This document shows, piece by piece, positions 38,402-49,500 of a DNA stretch of 64,000 bases. Position 1 is the first letter of the stretch; the number at the start of each line of letters is the position of its first letter. The translations under genes and the position numbers were made by a program. Location: assembly GCA_963669175.1 (NCBI GenBank), contig OY769902.1:4640001-4704000 (forward strand), given 5' to 3'. The notes under the pieces are model-generated. The model ran no database searches, was not told the origin of the DNA, and saw only the letters and a program-made list of their open reading frames with translations. The DNA comes from a bacterium. Its GTDB lineage: Bacteria > Electryoneota > Electryoneia > Electryoneales > Electryoneaceae.

Positions 38402-39451
38402 ATGAAAAACGGGTTCAGGCTGACTGGCTTTTCCCGTTGTGTCGGCTGAGCTTCCAAGTTGGATCCGGCGGTGCTGGATCGAATTTTAAAGGATCTGCCT
38501 AAATCGAATGATCCCAACCTGTTGGTTGGCACAATTCGCCCGGACGATGCCGGTGTGTACCGTCTGCAGGATAACCTTGCCCTCGTGCAGACACTGGATT
38601 TCTTCACGCCAATCGTGGACAATCCGTACGATTATGGACGAATCTCGGCGGCAAACAGCTTGTCGGATGTGTATGCCATGGGCGGACGTCCGATCACAGC
38701 CATGAACATCGTCTCCTATCCACATGGCGACCTGCCGGATGAGGTACTGGCAGATATTCTTCGTGGTGGATTTGACGCGTGTGAAGAAGCAAAAGTGGCC
38801 GTTTGTGGCGGGCATTCTGTTACGGATAAAGAACTGAAGTTTGGCCTGTCCGTGACTGGACTGGTAGATCCCGGGCAGATGTTGATCAAAGGCGGGGCGA
38901 AACCGGGCGACCTCCTGGTATTAACCAAGCCATTGGGATCAGGCCTGATTGCCAACGCGATGATGAATGATGCCGACGTGGATGAGGCTGTTAAAGCAGC
39001 CACAGCGATTATGGTACGTTTGAACCGTGCTGCCGCTGAAGCGGCGGTAAAGGTTGGCGCTCGTGCCGCAACAGATGTTACCGGGTTCGGTTTGTTGGGA
39101 CATGCACGGGAGATGGCGGAAGCGGCAGATGTAACTTTCCATTTCCAGGCATCGAAACTACCCGTCATTGAAGGCGCCATGTGGGTAGCAGAATCCGGGT
39201 CATACTACTCCGGTGGCGAACGTCGGAACCGGGATTTTGTCGACCCGACCCTTTCCATGGCGGAGGATATCCCGGAATCCTATCAGCGTATTATGGCGGA
39301 CCCGCAAACATCTGGGGGACTGTTGTTAGCTATCAATCCCGAATCTTTTGAAGTATTTCAAGACGAAATAAACAAAAAAGGCGAAGAATGCTGGTTGATT
39401 GGAACTGTAGAAAGTCGTTCTCCTGTCAGAGTTCGTGTTTCAAACGTGTGA
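38402..39451 (+). CDS. selD: Selenide, water dikinase (selenophosphate synthetase), Sec-containing
   Basis: MKNGFRLTGFSRCVG-U-ASKLDP, with TGA 38447-38449 at the catalytic Cys/Sec position. DDAGVY, DFFTPIVD, ANSLSDVYAMGG, TDVTGFGLLGH, DPQTSGGLL. Alternative ATG at 38387. Confidence 0.95.
38462..38480 (+). promoter_or_regulatory. SECIS-like hairpin of selD
   Basis: GAUCCGG-CGGUG-CUGGAUC, 12 nt after the UGA. Confidence 0.8.
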
Positions 39452-39640
39452 TGCAGCTAATAGTATTCTTGACAGACTGTTTGTAACCTCTTTCGAGTGT
39501 AGTATAACCCTGTGGGAGGGGTTGCAAGCTTGTCGGGGATTGGCGCAGATACAGATCCCCGGTAGTGAACCTGGTTAGCGATCGTGTGAACGTGCCGGTA
39601 TCGCCGCGGCTGGCATACTCCTGCAACCTTAGGGGGGTCT

Positions 39641-42600
39641 ATGTTACGGTTTTCCCATACCGTTCAGACCTGTATGATCATTTGTTTAGCTGTAGTGCTC
39701 CTCCCCGTTGTTTCCACGTTTTTACATCGATCTGATTCCTGTACGCTGTGGGCGCAACCTCCGGTCATGGATGTAGCGGAGCTGGATGAGACCCCGGTTT
39801 ATCATTACCCGGACCAGCCGGTCCCCGAAGTCATCAAGACCGGTGATAGTCAGGGAAATGAGAGGTGGACGCCGGACCAGAAGTATCGAATTAACGGTGA
39901 GTATGAGGTCTTCGATGGCGATTCCCTTGTGATTGAAGCTGGGACCTGGGTTGGTCTAAACACCGACGCCACCCTGAGAATCGGTGGCGCGTTGATTGTC
40001 AACGGCACCCCGGAAAACCCGGTCTATTTCACACGCGCCAATCCGGATTCTGCGTTTGCACGTATTCTGATCATGTCCTCTTGCACCGCACAATACACCG
40101 AAAAATGCGAGTATTGTAAAGGTTGCATTATACAAAATGCCATCATCGAAGGTGGCGGCGCTTATGGCGGTTTCTTCTCTGAAGGCCAGGTTCTTGTCAG
40201 TGAAGGCTCGCCATACCTGAAGAACCTGACCATCCGTTGGGGCGACGCCAGGAGCGGTGGTGGTATTGCGTTTGTGAGTCAGTCAGAAGCCAAGATGGAA
40301 GGTTGTCTGATTCATCACAACCATTCAAGCGGTAATGGTGGTGGTATCTATGTTGATCATAACACTCATCCCAAACTTGTTGATAATGTGATCATTTTCA
40401 ACAGCGCCGACACGGATGGTGGCGGTGTGTATATGGCCCACTCAAATGGTGTATTGTACAGGAACGTCATTCAATCCAATACAACAAAACGTGATGGTGG
40501 CGGTGTAACCATCACCGGTTCATCACCAAAGTTACGCTTAAACCTGATTCGTTATAACAACGCGGAAGGTGAGGGCGACAACCTGGTTGTTCATGCCGGC
40601 TCATCTCCCTTGATTCACAACAATGCCATCATCGCAAAGGAAAACGAGACAACAGCAGCGACAAAAACCCATACAGGCACCAGCAACGATATAGTCGCTG
40701 AAAACAACTACTGGGGTATCACCGACATGGTTCATGTCCGTGCCCAGAAGCTTGATTTCGAGCGTCAACCTTCACGTCCCAAACTGCTCGTAGATCCCAT
40801 CCTTGAAGCCCCGGTAGACAGTACCGCTGGCCATGCCGCTCGCATTGACACGGTGATGCTGTACGAAGATCCCGAGTATCAACTGGAACTTCAAACAGAC
40901 TATATCGGCCATGAAACCCAGATTTACCTCCGTATCCCCGGCGAGGGCGAAAACCCGGAGATCCTGGATTGGGCCATTGTGGATATGATTGCCGCAAACC
41001 GCGACACTGTGCGCCTCCTGGTCCCGGAAACTGCGCCCAACAGCAATGAGTTCAGGATGATGATACGGACCTCGAACAGGCGTGACCCGGACCGTTTCAT
41101 CGTGAACGCGATTGTTGGCGACCAGATAACCCTGCTTCCGGCCAATTTCAAGGATAAGGCTTTTACAACCGAAGTTCGTTTCCAGCAGCCTTTCGTCCGT
41201 AACCTGGAGCTTGTAGAGGTAAAAGACCTGCAACACATGATTGATGACAGCGTGGTGGCGACATGGTCCTTTGAAGAGCCGCAACGTCGTCCCCAGATGC
41301 AATTAAAGATGACGCTTCTCGACACCATGGAAAATGAATTCTGGGCATCAGGTGAAGTAGATGAGATGGAATCCCGGTTCAAGTATCACGGTCCTCCTTT
41401 CACGCCAGGTGAGAATTTCATTCTTCGGATAGAAACCACCAATGGAAAGATCTGGTCGGAACCGGCGGACATTCTGTTCCACCGGAATGCAATTCCGGCT
41501 ATCCCAAGCCCGGCAACACCTACTGACAACCAGGTTTTATTGACAGACAGACCCATCTTGCAGGTACGTGGCGAGGTTGATCCTGAAGGGGATTCTTTAT
41601 ATTCAACATTCCTGATTATGCCCGAGAAAGACCCGGGACGCATTATTCGCAACAGCGGTGAAGCTTTCCAGGATACCTTCAGAACCGCAACAGTGCAACC
41701 TGTCGATTTACCGAATGCTACCATCCCGGCGAGAAGCGCTCATGTCAGGCCACCCCAGATTGACACCGGACGTTATCCCATGACCACCTCGTGGATGGTT
41801 GATCCTCCGCTGGATGACAACTCGGTGTATATCTGGTCCGCATTTTCGACGGATCATTGGGAAACCACGGATACGTCACAGGCAGTACGTTTCATTGTAA
41901 ACCGCTTTAATGATCGTCCCGGTGAATACACTATTCAGTGGCCGGACTGGAACGATGAGATTTTACCAACGGACCGGATCACCTGGAGCCTGCCCCCTGA
42001 CCCCGACCCGGAAGAGGCGCTTACCTATACCATCACCCTTGGTGGCGCTACTCTCCAGACGTCGGAAACCAGCGTTGTTGCTGGCGAGATGCAGGGGATC
42101 AATGGGATAGGTGACGATGTTGAAGTCCCGCTGACCATTATTGTTCATGATCTCGAAGGCGCCTCACGCGTTGCGGCGGACAGCGCTCGCATGGTCGTAT
42201 ACAATGCGGTCAACGATACTCCTACTGTCCCGGTCGGGTTCAACCTGGTTGAAGGCCAGCGTGTCAGACCCTATCCGGCCAACCTGTCATGGACAGAATC
42301 GACCGACGAGGACCAGAGCGACCCGTCATCATCGTTGGTATACGATGTCGAGATTACTCGTTTGTGGGGTGAGAAGGTAGCAATCCTTCGTACCGATCCG
42401 GGCGTGACCAACATGGACCTCACTCCGATCCAGGACAACTGGCTGGCCTACTGGCGCGTACGCGCGGTGGACAACACCGAAGCCCCCTCGAACTGGAGTC
42501 CGTCTGTCATGCTGGAAGTCAACGCGGTCAATGACACACCGTCTGTCCCCACCGGGTTCAACCTTGAAGATGGTCAGATTGTCCGTGAAGTGCCTGCATA

Positions 42601-44476
42601 CCTTAAATGGGAAGCTTCAACGGATGCGGATGAAAGCGACTCGGCTGCCATCTTCATCTACGAAGTTGAATTGAAGCGTAAGAGCGGCGCTCTGCTTGGG
42701 GTGTTGACCACTGGACAGGGACAGACCGGAATCAGCCTGGACCCGGTTCAGGACAACTGGCTGGCCGACTGGCGGGTACGCGCTATTGATGATGAAGGCG
42801 CTGCTTCACCCTGGAGCCAGACGCGCATGGTGGAAGTCAACCGGGTGAATGACATCCCGACTACACCTGAAGGTTTCACCCTGACCGACAGCCAGCGTGT
42901 TTACCAGTATCCGGCGCCACTGGCATGGGATGCCTCGAGCGATATAGATGAAAGCGACCCGCCCTCATCCCTGATCTACCAGGTGGAACTTGTTCGGGAG
43001 AATGGGGATTCTGTCGCCGTACTGACCACTTCTCCAGGCCAGACAAGCATTACCCTCGATCCGGTCGAGGACAATAGCCGTGCACTTTGGCGAGTCAGGT
43101 CGGTTGACGATGAACAGGGCGCGTCACCGTGGTCCTCGCAGGGCATTATGGAAGTCAATGTGAAGGATGATCCGCCGAATGCCTTTGCGCTGATTACCCC
43201 CGAGAACAATGCCCGTCCCTACAGCCAGGGGCCAACGACATTCACCTGGGAAGAAGCGATAGATCCGGACCCGTTGAACACGGTCGAATACATCTTCTAC
43301 CTGTCCGAATCCAAGGGTTTCAGTGGACAGGACCTGGTTGTTCAGGACACGATCAAGGAAACCGAGTACACCTACGGCCCGGATCTGAAGCACCTTCACG
43401 ATTACTACTGGAAAGTCGAAGCGCTGGATAATACCGGTCTTTCAACCTGGTCGGATATCTTTACGCTTCGCGTCGTGTCAACACCAAGCACCCCGATCTG
43501 GGCTGGCGAATGGCCGATGGAAGTAACACCGGACTATTCAGTACAGTGGGAAACTTCCACCGACCCGGACCCGCGTGATGTGCTGGAATACCGCATTGAA
43601 ATTTCGGCTGCCGAATCGTTCGCTGAGAATGCGACAGCAGTGTTTGATCCGATTACCGGAACCTCTGTCAAGCTTAGCCAGATCCCGGGGATCAATGATG
43701 TCCTGTCCGACAACGGCCCGATGGTCATTCGCATCAAGGCGCGTGACGACCAGGGATTTGAAGGATTGTGGAGTGAGATTGCCGGGGCGTTCATGAACTT
43801 TGAAAATGATGCGCCGCAGCCACCGACCCTGATCTTCCCGAGCAACGACCGTCTCGATAACACACGACCGACATTCGAATGGCATGCGGGGAAAGATGAA
43901 GATCACACAGACCCGCAGAATTCGCTGCGTTATGAAGTCTTTATCGCCATGGCAGATGCTACGGATGCTGCGGTTCCGTTCGGCCAGCAGATGATTGCCG
44001 CCTCAAAGCAGACGGTTAATCCGAATGGGCTGCCGATCGCCGGTCTGTCGGAGACAAAGGGATTGACCTGGCGGCCCTCCGATCACCTGCCGGATAACAG
44101 TGAACTGGTATGGAAGATGCGCACCTTCGATGATGAAGACACCCCCTCAGTCTGGACCGATTGGGTCAACTTCAGCATTGACCGGAAACCGGAAGCGCCG
44201 AATACATTTGAATTGATTGAGCCGGTTCATGATGTTGCCATTGATCCCAACACGTCGATAACATTCAAGTGGAATGTGGCAATTGATCCGGATCTGGATT
44301 CGAAGGTTCACTACATGCTGAAGGTTGGCGACCAGGAATTCGGCCCCATGGATGAAACCAGCTTTACACTGGACGCAGGATTACCGGTAGGGAAGCACAA
44401 ATGGCGTGTTACGGCTGTCGATAATACAGGCATGACCAGGAATACTTCATACAATCGTATCCTGGTTGGCCAATAA
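39641..44476 (+). CDS. Large exported protein: beta-helix plus multiple FN3/Ig-like repeats (1611 aa)
   Basis: N-terminal hydrophobic segment, GGGIY/GGGVY beta-helix repeats, three ~106-aa tandem repeats (NDTP..GFNL..STD.D.SD..WRVRA.D). Confidence 0.8.
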   Translation: MLRFSHTVQTCMIICLAVVLLPVVSTFLHRSDSCTLWAQPPVMDVAELDETPVYHYPDQPVPEVIKTGDSQGNERWTPDQKYRINGEYEVFDGDSLVIEAGTWVGLNTDATLRIGGALIVNGTPENPVYFTRANPDSAFARILIMSSCTAQYTEKCEYCKGCIIQNAIIEGGGAYGGFFSEGQVLVSEGSPYLKNLTIRWGDARSGGGIAFVSQSEAKMEGCLIHHNHSSGNGGGIYVDHNTHPKLVDNVIIFNSADTDGGGVYMAHSNGVLYRNVIQSNTTKRDGGGVTITGSSPKLRLNLIRYNNAEGEGDNLVVHAGSSPLIHNNAIIAKENETTAATKTHTGTSNDIVAENNYWGITDMVHVRAQKLDFERQPSRPKLLVDPILEAPVDSTAGHAARIDTVMLYEDPEYQLELQTDYIGHETQIYLRIPGEGENPEILDWAIVDMIAANRDTVRLLVPETAPNSNEFRMMIRTSNRRDPDRFIVNAIVGDQITLLPANFKDKAFTTEVRFQQPFVRNLELVEVKDLQHMIDDSVVATWSFEEPQRRPQMQLKMTLLDTMENEFWASGEVDEMESRFKYHGPPFTPGENFILRIETTNGKIWSEPADILFHRNAIPAIPSPATPTDNQVLLTDRPILQVRGEVDPEGDSLYSTFLIMPEKDPGRIIRNSGEAFQDTFRTATVQPVDLPNATIPARSAHVRPPQIDTGRYPMTTSWMVDPPLDDNSVYIWSAFSTDHWETTDTSQAVRFIVNRFNDRPGEYTIQWPDWNDEILPTDRITWSLPPDPDPEEALTYTITLGGATLQTSETSVVAGEMQGINGIGDDVEVPLTIIVHDLEGASRVAADSARMVVYNAVNDTPTVPVGFNLVEGQRVRPYPANLSWTESTDEDQSDPSSSLVYDVEITRLWGEKVAILRTDPGVTNMDLTPIQDNWLAYWRVRAVDNTEAPSNWSPSVMLEVNAVNDTPSVPTGFNLEDGQIVREVPAYLKWEASTDADESDSAAIFIYEVELKRKSGALLGVLTTGQGQTGISLDPVQDNWLADWRVRAIDDEGAASPWSQTRMVEVNRVNDIPTTPEGFTLTDSQRVYQYPAPLAWDASSDIDESDPPSSLIYQVELVRENGDSVAVLTTSPGQTSITLDPVEDNSRALWRVRSVDDEQGASPWSSQGIMEVNVKDDPPNAFALITPENNARPYSQGPTTFTWEEAIDPDPLNTVEYIFYLSESKGFSGQDLVVQDTIKETEYTYGPDLKHLHDYYWKVEALDNTGLSTWSDIFTLRVVSTPSTPIWAGEWPMEVTPDYSVQWETSTDPDPRDVLEYRIEISAAESFAENATAVFDPITGTSVKLSQIPGINDVLSDNGPMVIRIKARDDQGFEGLWSEIAGAFMNFENDAPQPPTLIFPSNDRLDNTRPTFEWHAGKDEDHTDPQNSLRYEVFIAMADATDAAVPFGQQMIAASKQTVNPNGLPIAGLSETKGLTWRPSDHLPDNSELVWKMRTFDDEDTPSVWTDWVNFSIDRKPEAPNTFELIEPVHDVAIDPNTSITFKWNVAIDPDLDSKVHYMLKVGDQEFGPMDETSFTLDAGLPVGKHKWRVTAVDNTGMTRNTSYNRILVGQ

Positions 44477-44492
44477 CGGGTTAGGAAGTTTC

Positions 44493-45905
44493 ATGCAGGA
44501 AGCAAGACGGGCTTTTATCGAGATCGGTTCGAACACGGTAAAGCTCGCAGTTTTACAGAAAGATTCCGAGTGGATACATACAGTGTACCGGGACGAGCGC
44601 GTATCTCGTCTCGGTACTGCTGTTTCTGCCACGGATAATCTGGAATCCACAGCGATCCAGCATACGGTTGCATTGATCAGAGAAATGGTCAACCGGGCAG
44701 AAAAAGAGATATCCTGGGACAGTATTGATCTGTTTGGCACCTGGGCGCTTCGGACTGCGAAAAACAGCCCGGAATTCATTGAGCAACTTCACACCGTATC
44801 TGAAAAGCCAACCCGGATACTGACCGGCGAAGAAGAAGCAGTCGCGACCTTTCTGGCTGTTCGCAATGAAATAAAACAAGGCCCGCTTGCTGTAATTGAT
44901 CTTGGTGGCGGCTCAGTAGAAATATCCTATGGCGAGAACTTTACCCCGGAAAAGCTGATCTCATTGCCGCTGGGCGCACGAAGATTATTCGAGCGCTACC
45001 CTTTTCCTGATCCACCCAGTCATGAGAAAATTGAAGCTATCACTCATGACCTGCTGCATCGTATTCCGCCATTACCCCCAATAACATCGGGCGCTCAACT
45101 TGTGCTTACCGGCGGGGCGCGTGTGATAGCCGGGTATATCCGTGATAAGCACGGGATTGAACCCGATGCCCCGATCACTTCGCAGGTTTTCTCCAACGCT
45201 GCCGACGAGCTGATATTTGCGACCTCGGATCAGCTCAGGCAGATCGACCCGGAGCGCGCTGATATCCTGGCCCATGGCGCCCTGATACTGAAGCTACTGG
45301 TTCTAAAGACACAGGTTGCCAGCTTCCACGTTTCCGAAACATTCCTGTCACCGGGTGTCTATCTTGCGGAACAACGTGGCCACCCGCTTGAAAGCCAACC
45401 TTTGGTCAAGAAACTGGACCGGATTGATTTCCCACCCTTGACCAAACGGGATCGCATTGGAGAAGTTGTTTTCCTGTTGAGGCGTCCGGATGGCACTCTC
45501 TGGTTACAGACAAAAGCCAATTACCCGGAAGGTGAATACCGTCTCCCGGGCGGCGGGATGAAACCGGGTGAGGATCCGCTTGAAACCGTATTTCGTGAAG
45601 TAGAGGAAGAAACCGGCTTTACAGGCATTCGTCCCATGGCGCTGGCGAGGCTACGCTATACGGATGAGAACAACCATCTTATCCCGTTTACAACATGGCT
45701 TTTCCGTGTCGATTGCAGCATGGACACCCCGATAAACCAGGATCCATCTGAGCTGATCACAGACTGGAAAGCTGCCACGCATAAGGATTTGAAGGTTTAT
45801 GCACAAAAACTGGCTACCATAGGTGGCGCCAGGAAGGATTGGGGAGTGTTCCGGGCTACAGCGATACAGAAAACCCTGGAACTGCAAAAGCGTGGTGCGA
45901 TCTAA
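44493..45905 (+). CDS. Ppx/GppA-family phosphatase fused to a C-terminal Nudix hydrolase
   Basis: EIGSNTVKL, TWALR, GEEEA, DLGGGSVE. Nudix box GGGMKPGEDPLETVFREVEEETG. Confidence 0.85.
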   Translation: MQEARRAFIEIGSNTVKLAVLQKDSEWIHTVYRDERVSRLGTAVSATDNLESTAIQHTVALIREMVNRAEKEISWDSIDLFGTWALRTAKNSPEFIEQLHTVSEKPTRILTGEEEAVATFLAVRNEIKQGPLAVIDLGGGSVEISYGENFTPEKLISLPLGARRLFERYPFPDPPSHEKIEAITHDLLHRIPPLPPITSGAQLVLTGGARVIAGYIRDKHGIEPDAPITSQVFSNAADELIFATSDQLRQIDPERADILAHGALILKLLVLKTQVASFHVSETFLSPGVYLAEQRGHPLESQPLVKKLDRIDFPPLTKRDRIGEVVFLLRRPDGTLWLQTKANYPEGEYRLPGGGMKPGEDPLETVFREVEEETGFTGIRPMALARLRYTDENNHLIPFTTWLFRVDCSMDTPINQDPSELITDWKAATHKDLKVYAQKLATIGGARKDWGVFRATAIQKTLELQKRGAI

Positions 45906-46432
45906 ATCGCAATCAGGACAACAGTTCCCACTGCAATCAAACCGGCTGCAATGAGTGCGATAAGCTTCGTGGATTGTTGCGACTCGGAACGTGATTTTTC
46001 GATGCGAACCATCGGTTCGTTGTCCCCGGCTTCATACTTGCTGCCATCCATATATTCGATCCCGATCACACCAACATCAACATATTCTATCTTTTCTGTC
46101 GGCTGATAATAGGTTCCTGTCCCGCCGTTCAACAATACCTTATCATTGACAATAACCGGGCCGGTCAGCTTGATAAATACATCGCCATACGTTGGCGCCA
46201 TCAGGTCACCGACAGTATTATAGGCCAGCACTTTGATATATACGTATTTCACAATCTTCGTGCTGGTATTTCCGAAACTGCCATAGATTTCCAGCATCCC
46301 GGCTGTGTTCAGCTCGTAGCTGTTCAGGTCCAGATTGTACGGTTGCTGGCTCTGCGCTTCTGTCGCCAGGAAACTACCCAACACCAGTACGGTGATGATA
46401 AGAAAGCCGAATCTACCCGTGTTTCCACCCAT
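45902..46432 (-). CDS. Hypothetical exported protein with a C-terminal TM anchor
   Basis: Signal peptide, beta-rich core, hydrophobic C-terminus. Confidence 0.65.
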   Translation of the reverse strand: MGGNTGRFGFLIITVLVLGSFLATEAQSQQPYNLDLNSYELNTAGMLEIYGSFGNTSTKIVKYVYIKVLAYNTVGDLMAPTYGDVFIKLTGPVIVNDKVLLNGGTGTYYQPTEKIEYVDVGVIGIEYMDGSKYEAGDNEPMVRIEKSRSESQQSTKLIALIAAGLIAVGTVVLIAI

Positions 46433-46551
46433 GCCTGTTACCTGAAACTTTAGTCAAACATTATATGAAGTCGCCGAAAGGTAATGGATTGATATATTAA
46501 TTCCAACTCACTGTTGGTTAAGAAGTTCCTGCCTCTCGGGACACCTCCATG

Positions 46552-49500
46552 CTATTCCTTCCCTGTCGTCCCTTCGACAGAAAATGCACCAACCTCAACA
46601 ACCTCCCCCCCGGCATCCAACCTGCGAGTAACCTCCTGCACCTGCTGGCTACCTGTACCATACCCGGTAAACAGATGGATGGTAATTGTTGTTTGACCGG
46701 CCAGAGTCTGCCTGTGATTGCCGTAATAGTTCACCTGTACTCGGTAATCTCCGTTCAGCGCCTTGCGGATCACATACTCTTCCGGACCATATCCCATGGT
46801 AAAATCATTGGTCATGTATCCACCTGTACGTGTATCTCGATGCTGGTAGAAGCATTTTTCATTCGAGGGATCGGTAACCCATAAATCCATGTCACACTGG
46901 TCCGCATCCCATTCGAGAACAACACGCAGATCAAGGACCAGGTTACGTATAAACCTCTTGTCAATTCGTGACATATCAAGCTTTTCACCGCAAGTTCCCA
47001 GGATATTGTTCAGCTCGGTCAGAATGATTATTTCGATTCCGGGAAACCTGTCATCCCAGGGACGTTCTACAGCTACATACAAGGTGTCAATAGCCTGCTG
47101 GTATTGCCCCGCATCTGCATAGGCCAGCCCAAGATCACGGTAGGATTGCGGTTCTTCCGGTCTAATTTCCAGGACTTTTTCGAATATGGATATGGCCAAG
47201 TCATTCTGATCCAATTGTTGCAGACGTTTTCCGAGAATACGCAGCAGCTCATGGTTTTCCAGTTCCATTTCCGCCAGGTTGGACAGAACACGTAACCCCA
47301 GCTCGGGCTTGCCCAGCTTGACCAGGTGATCAGACACATCCAGGAAAAAGGCTGTACTGTTTACATTTTGCGACCTGAAAGACAGGTATGCGGCATACAC
47401 ATCATCCGGGTCAGCCTCTTTGATTGCATTCATGTAAGGAGAATCCGGTTGCCAGGGCGCCAGCTTGATGGTTGCAGTCGCATGCATTTCATCTTCGGCG
47501 GTTTCAGTCTGTCCACTAACCGAAGAGGCCCGTGAACCGCTTCCCCCGGTGGCGCTTCCCCCCAGTGAAGCCGCTCCTTCACGAGACATTCTGAGCGGCC
47601 TCACTTCATTATTGCCAGATCCCGGTCCGTCAAAGTCCTGCGATGTTGTAGAGATTCCCCCATCCTCCCCTGACCAGTACACAGCCTCAGCCTCTTCCTC
47701 CATAAGAGATTCGGCGAAAAGCGGATCATTCGGATCTCTTCCCAGGTGTTCTTTTTCCTCGGGATACATGGATACTTTGCTGGGGAATTCTGTTTCATAC
47801 CAGCGGATACGTTCCTGCCACATCGCAAACACATGTTCAAGATGCGCCTTTTTATCGTTTTCCTTTTCTCTTTTTTGACTGGCGATCAGCTCTTCGCAGG
47901 CATCTTTCAAATCATCCGGCGGTTTTACATCGAAACGGACATAGTCCTCTACACGGTCCAGTACCATCAATGATGTATGTTCCGTAACCAGGCCATATTC
48001 CTTCGCTATCCCGGTTATTACGCTACGATGATCGCCGGGCGTTGCCTCGAGACGTGCGATCTCCATCTGTGCCCAAGTCCGTACAACGGCGCCATGAACA
48101 TCAACGATATTGTCATCGGAAAGCGTATAAACCTGGTCAATAAGCTGACCATCTCCCGCAACAAAGCTGACTTCGATTTTCGCCTTGCCGGATTGAAGAA
48201 TACCTGAAAACGACAGTGTTCCGGAGATTTCCGAATCTGCGCCAAAAGTCAACCTGTCAACCTTTCCTGACTTTACTGAGGCGTTGTGTCGATGCGGATG
48301 AACCTCACGAAGTTGGTTCAGACATTCTTGTGTATTCGGGAATTTTGCCGACGTGAGCAGGCTACCGCCAGACCTGGCAGCGATGCGTTGTCCCGCAAGC
48401 GTATTGAATTGGGCGGTGGAAGCGATGACATGGACCGGATATCTGCTGTCCGGCATTTGCTCGGGACCAATTGTTGTAAACAGATCGCTGAACAGCAACG
48501 CTTCATCACATTCATAGGAATTGAATTTGATAGCGCCTGGGGTTGAGCCGCCATCATAAGCCGTGTTTCTGAGCCGTTTTTCGAATCCTTCCCATTCTGC
48601 ATACGTGTGGACCGGATAGTACTCAGCCGCTTCTACCTGGTTTCTGAACGGTACCAGGGTAAACCGGACATGCTCGAGGTCACGATAGTACGCTTTAAGC
48701 AGCGCAAGCTCCCATTCCAGATCACGTTCAGTCATGGAACCGGATTCATCCCACAGAATCAGAATATCGTGCGGCACTTCACGTTGCCCGGAAGGAAGCG
48801 AAACCGGTGTGCGGAAATAGAAGTACGTGTTCCCGTCCCCGCCTGTTTCAAGCAGACAGACAGGTTGATCCGGATTATCATTTACAACCTTGAAGCCATA
48901 CCGTGCATTTTTCAGGCTGAAATTCGTGTATTCCGCCTCGGCTACCCAGGCCTGTTGCCACTGGTTGAACAGTTGGCGATCAAATCCATTGGTCTCCTCA
49001 TGTGGAACAGGCAGTGTTTCGCCGCTGAACACTTCAGCACGAATTGAGCACTTCTTCATGACAATATCAGCGTCGAATGTCAGGAGATATTCGGTAGCAT
49101 TTTCACGAACGGTCAGCGCCTGGTCGAAACCGATTACAATCCGCTTGGAACCTTTCGCCGGGACAGGATAGATACGTGTCCTGAATACATTACCCTCAAC
49201 ATGCTCCACCAGTGCCGGGTCAATACCCTCACGCACCAGTGTTTCGAATACAACACGGCCTTTTTCTTTTTCCACAACGGAAGCTTCGCGCAGCACTCCG
49301 TCAATTTCGTAAGCCAGGTAATTAATAGTCTCCCCGGGGGCAAGCGGAAAAATCAATTCGCCTTCCAGAATCCGGTTGTTGGGGTTATAAAAAGTCATTT
49401 CAATCCGGGTTGTTGACAGGGGTGGCGCTACGGAAATATCTATCTTCATGTCGTTCAACAGGATATCGTCCAGCTTGCCGTCACCGTCTGTTACTTGCAG

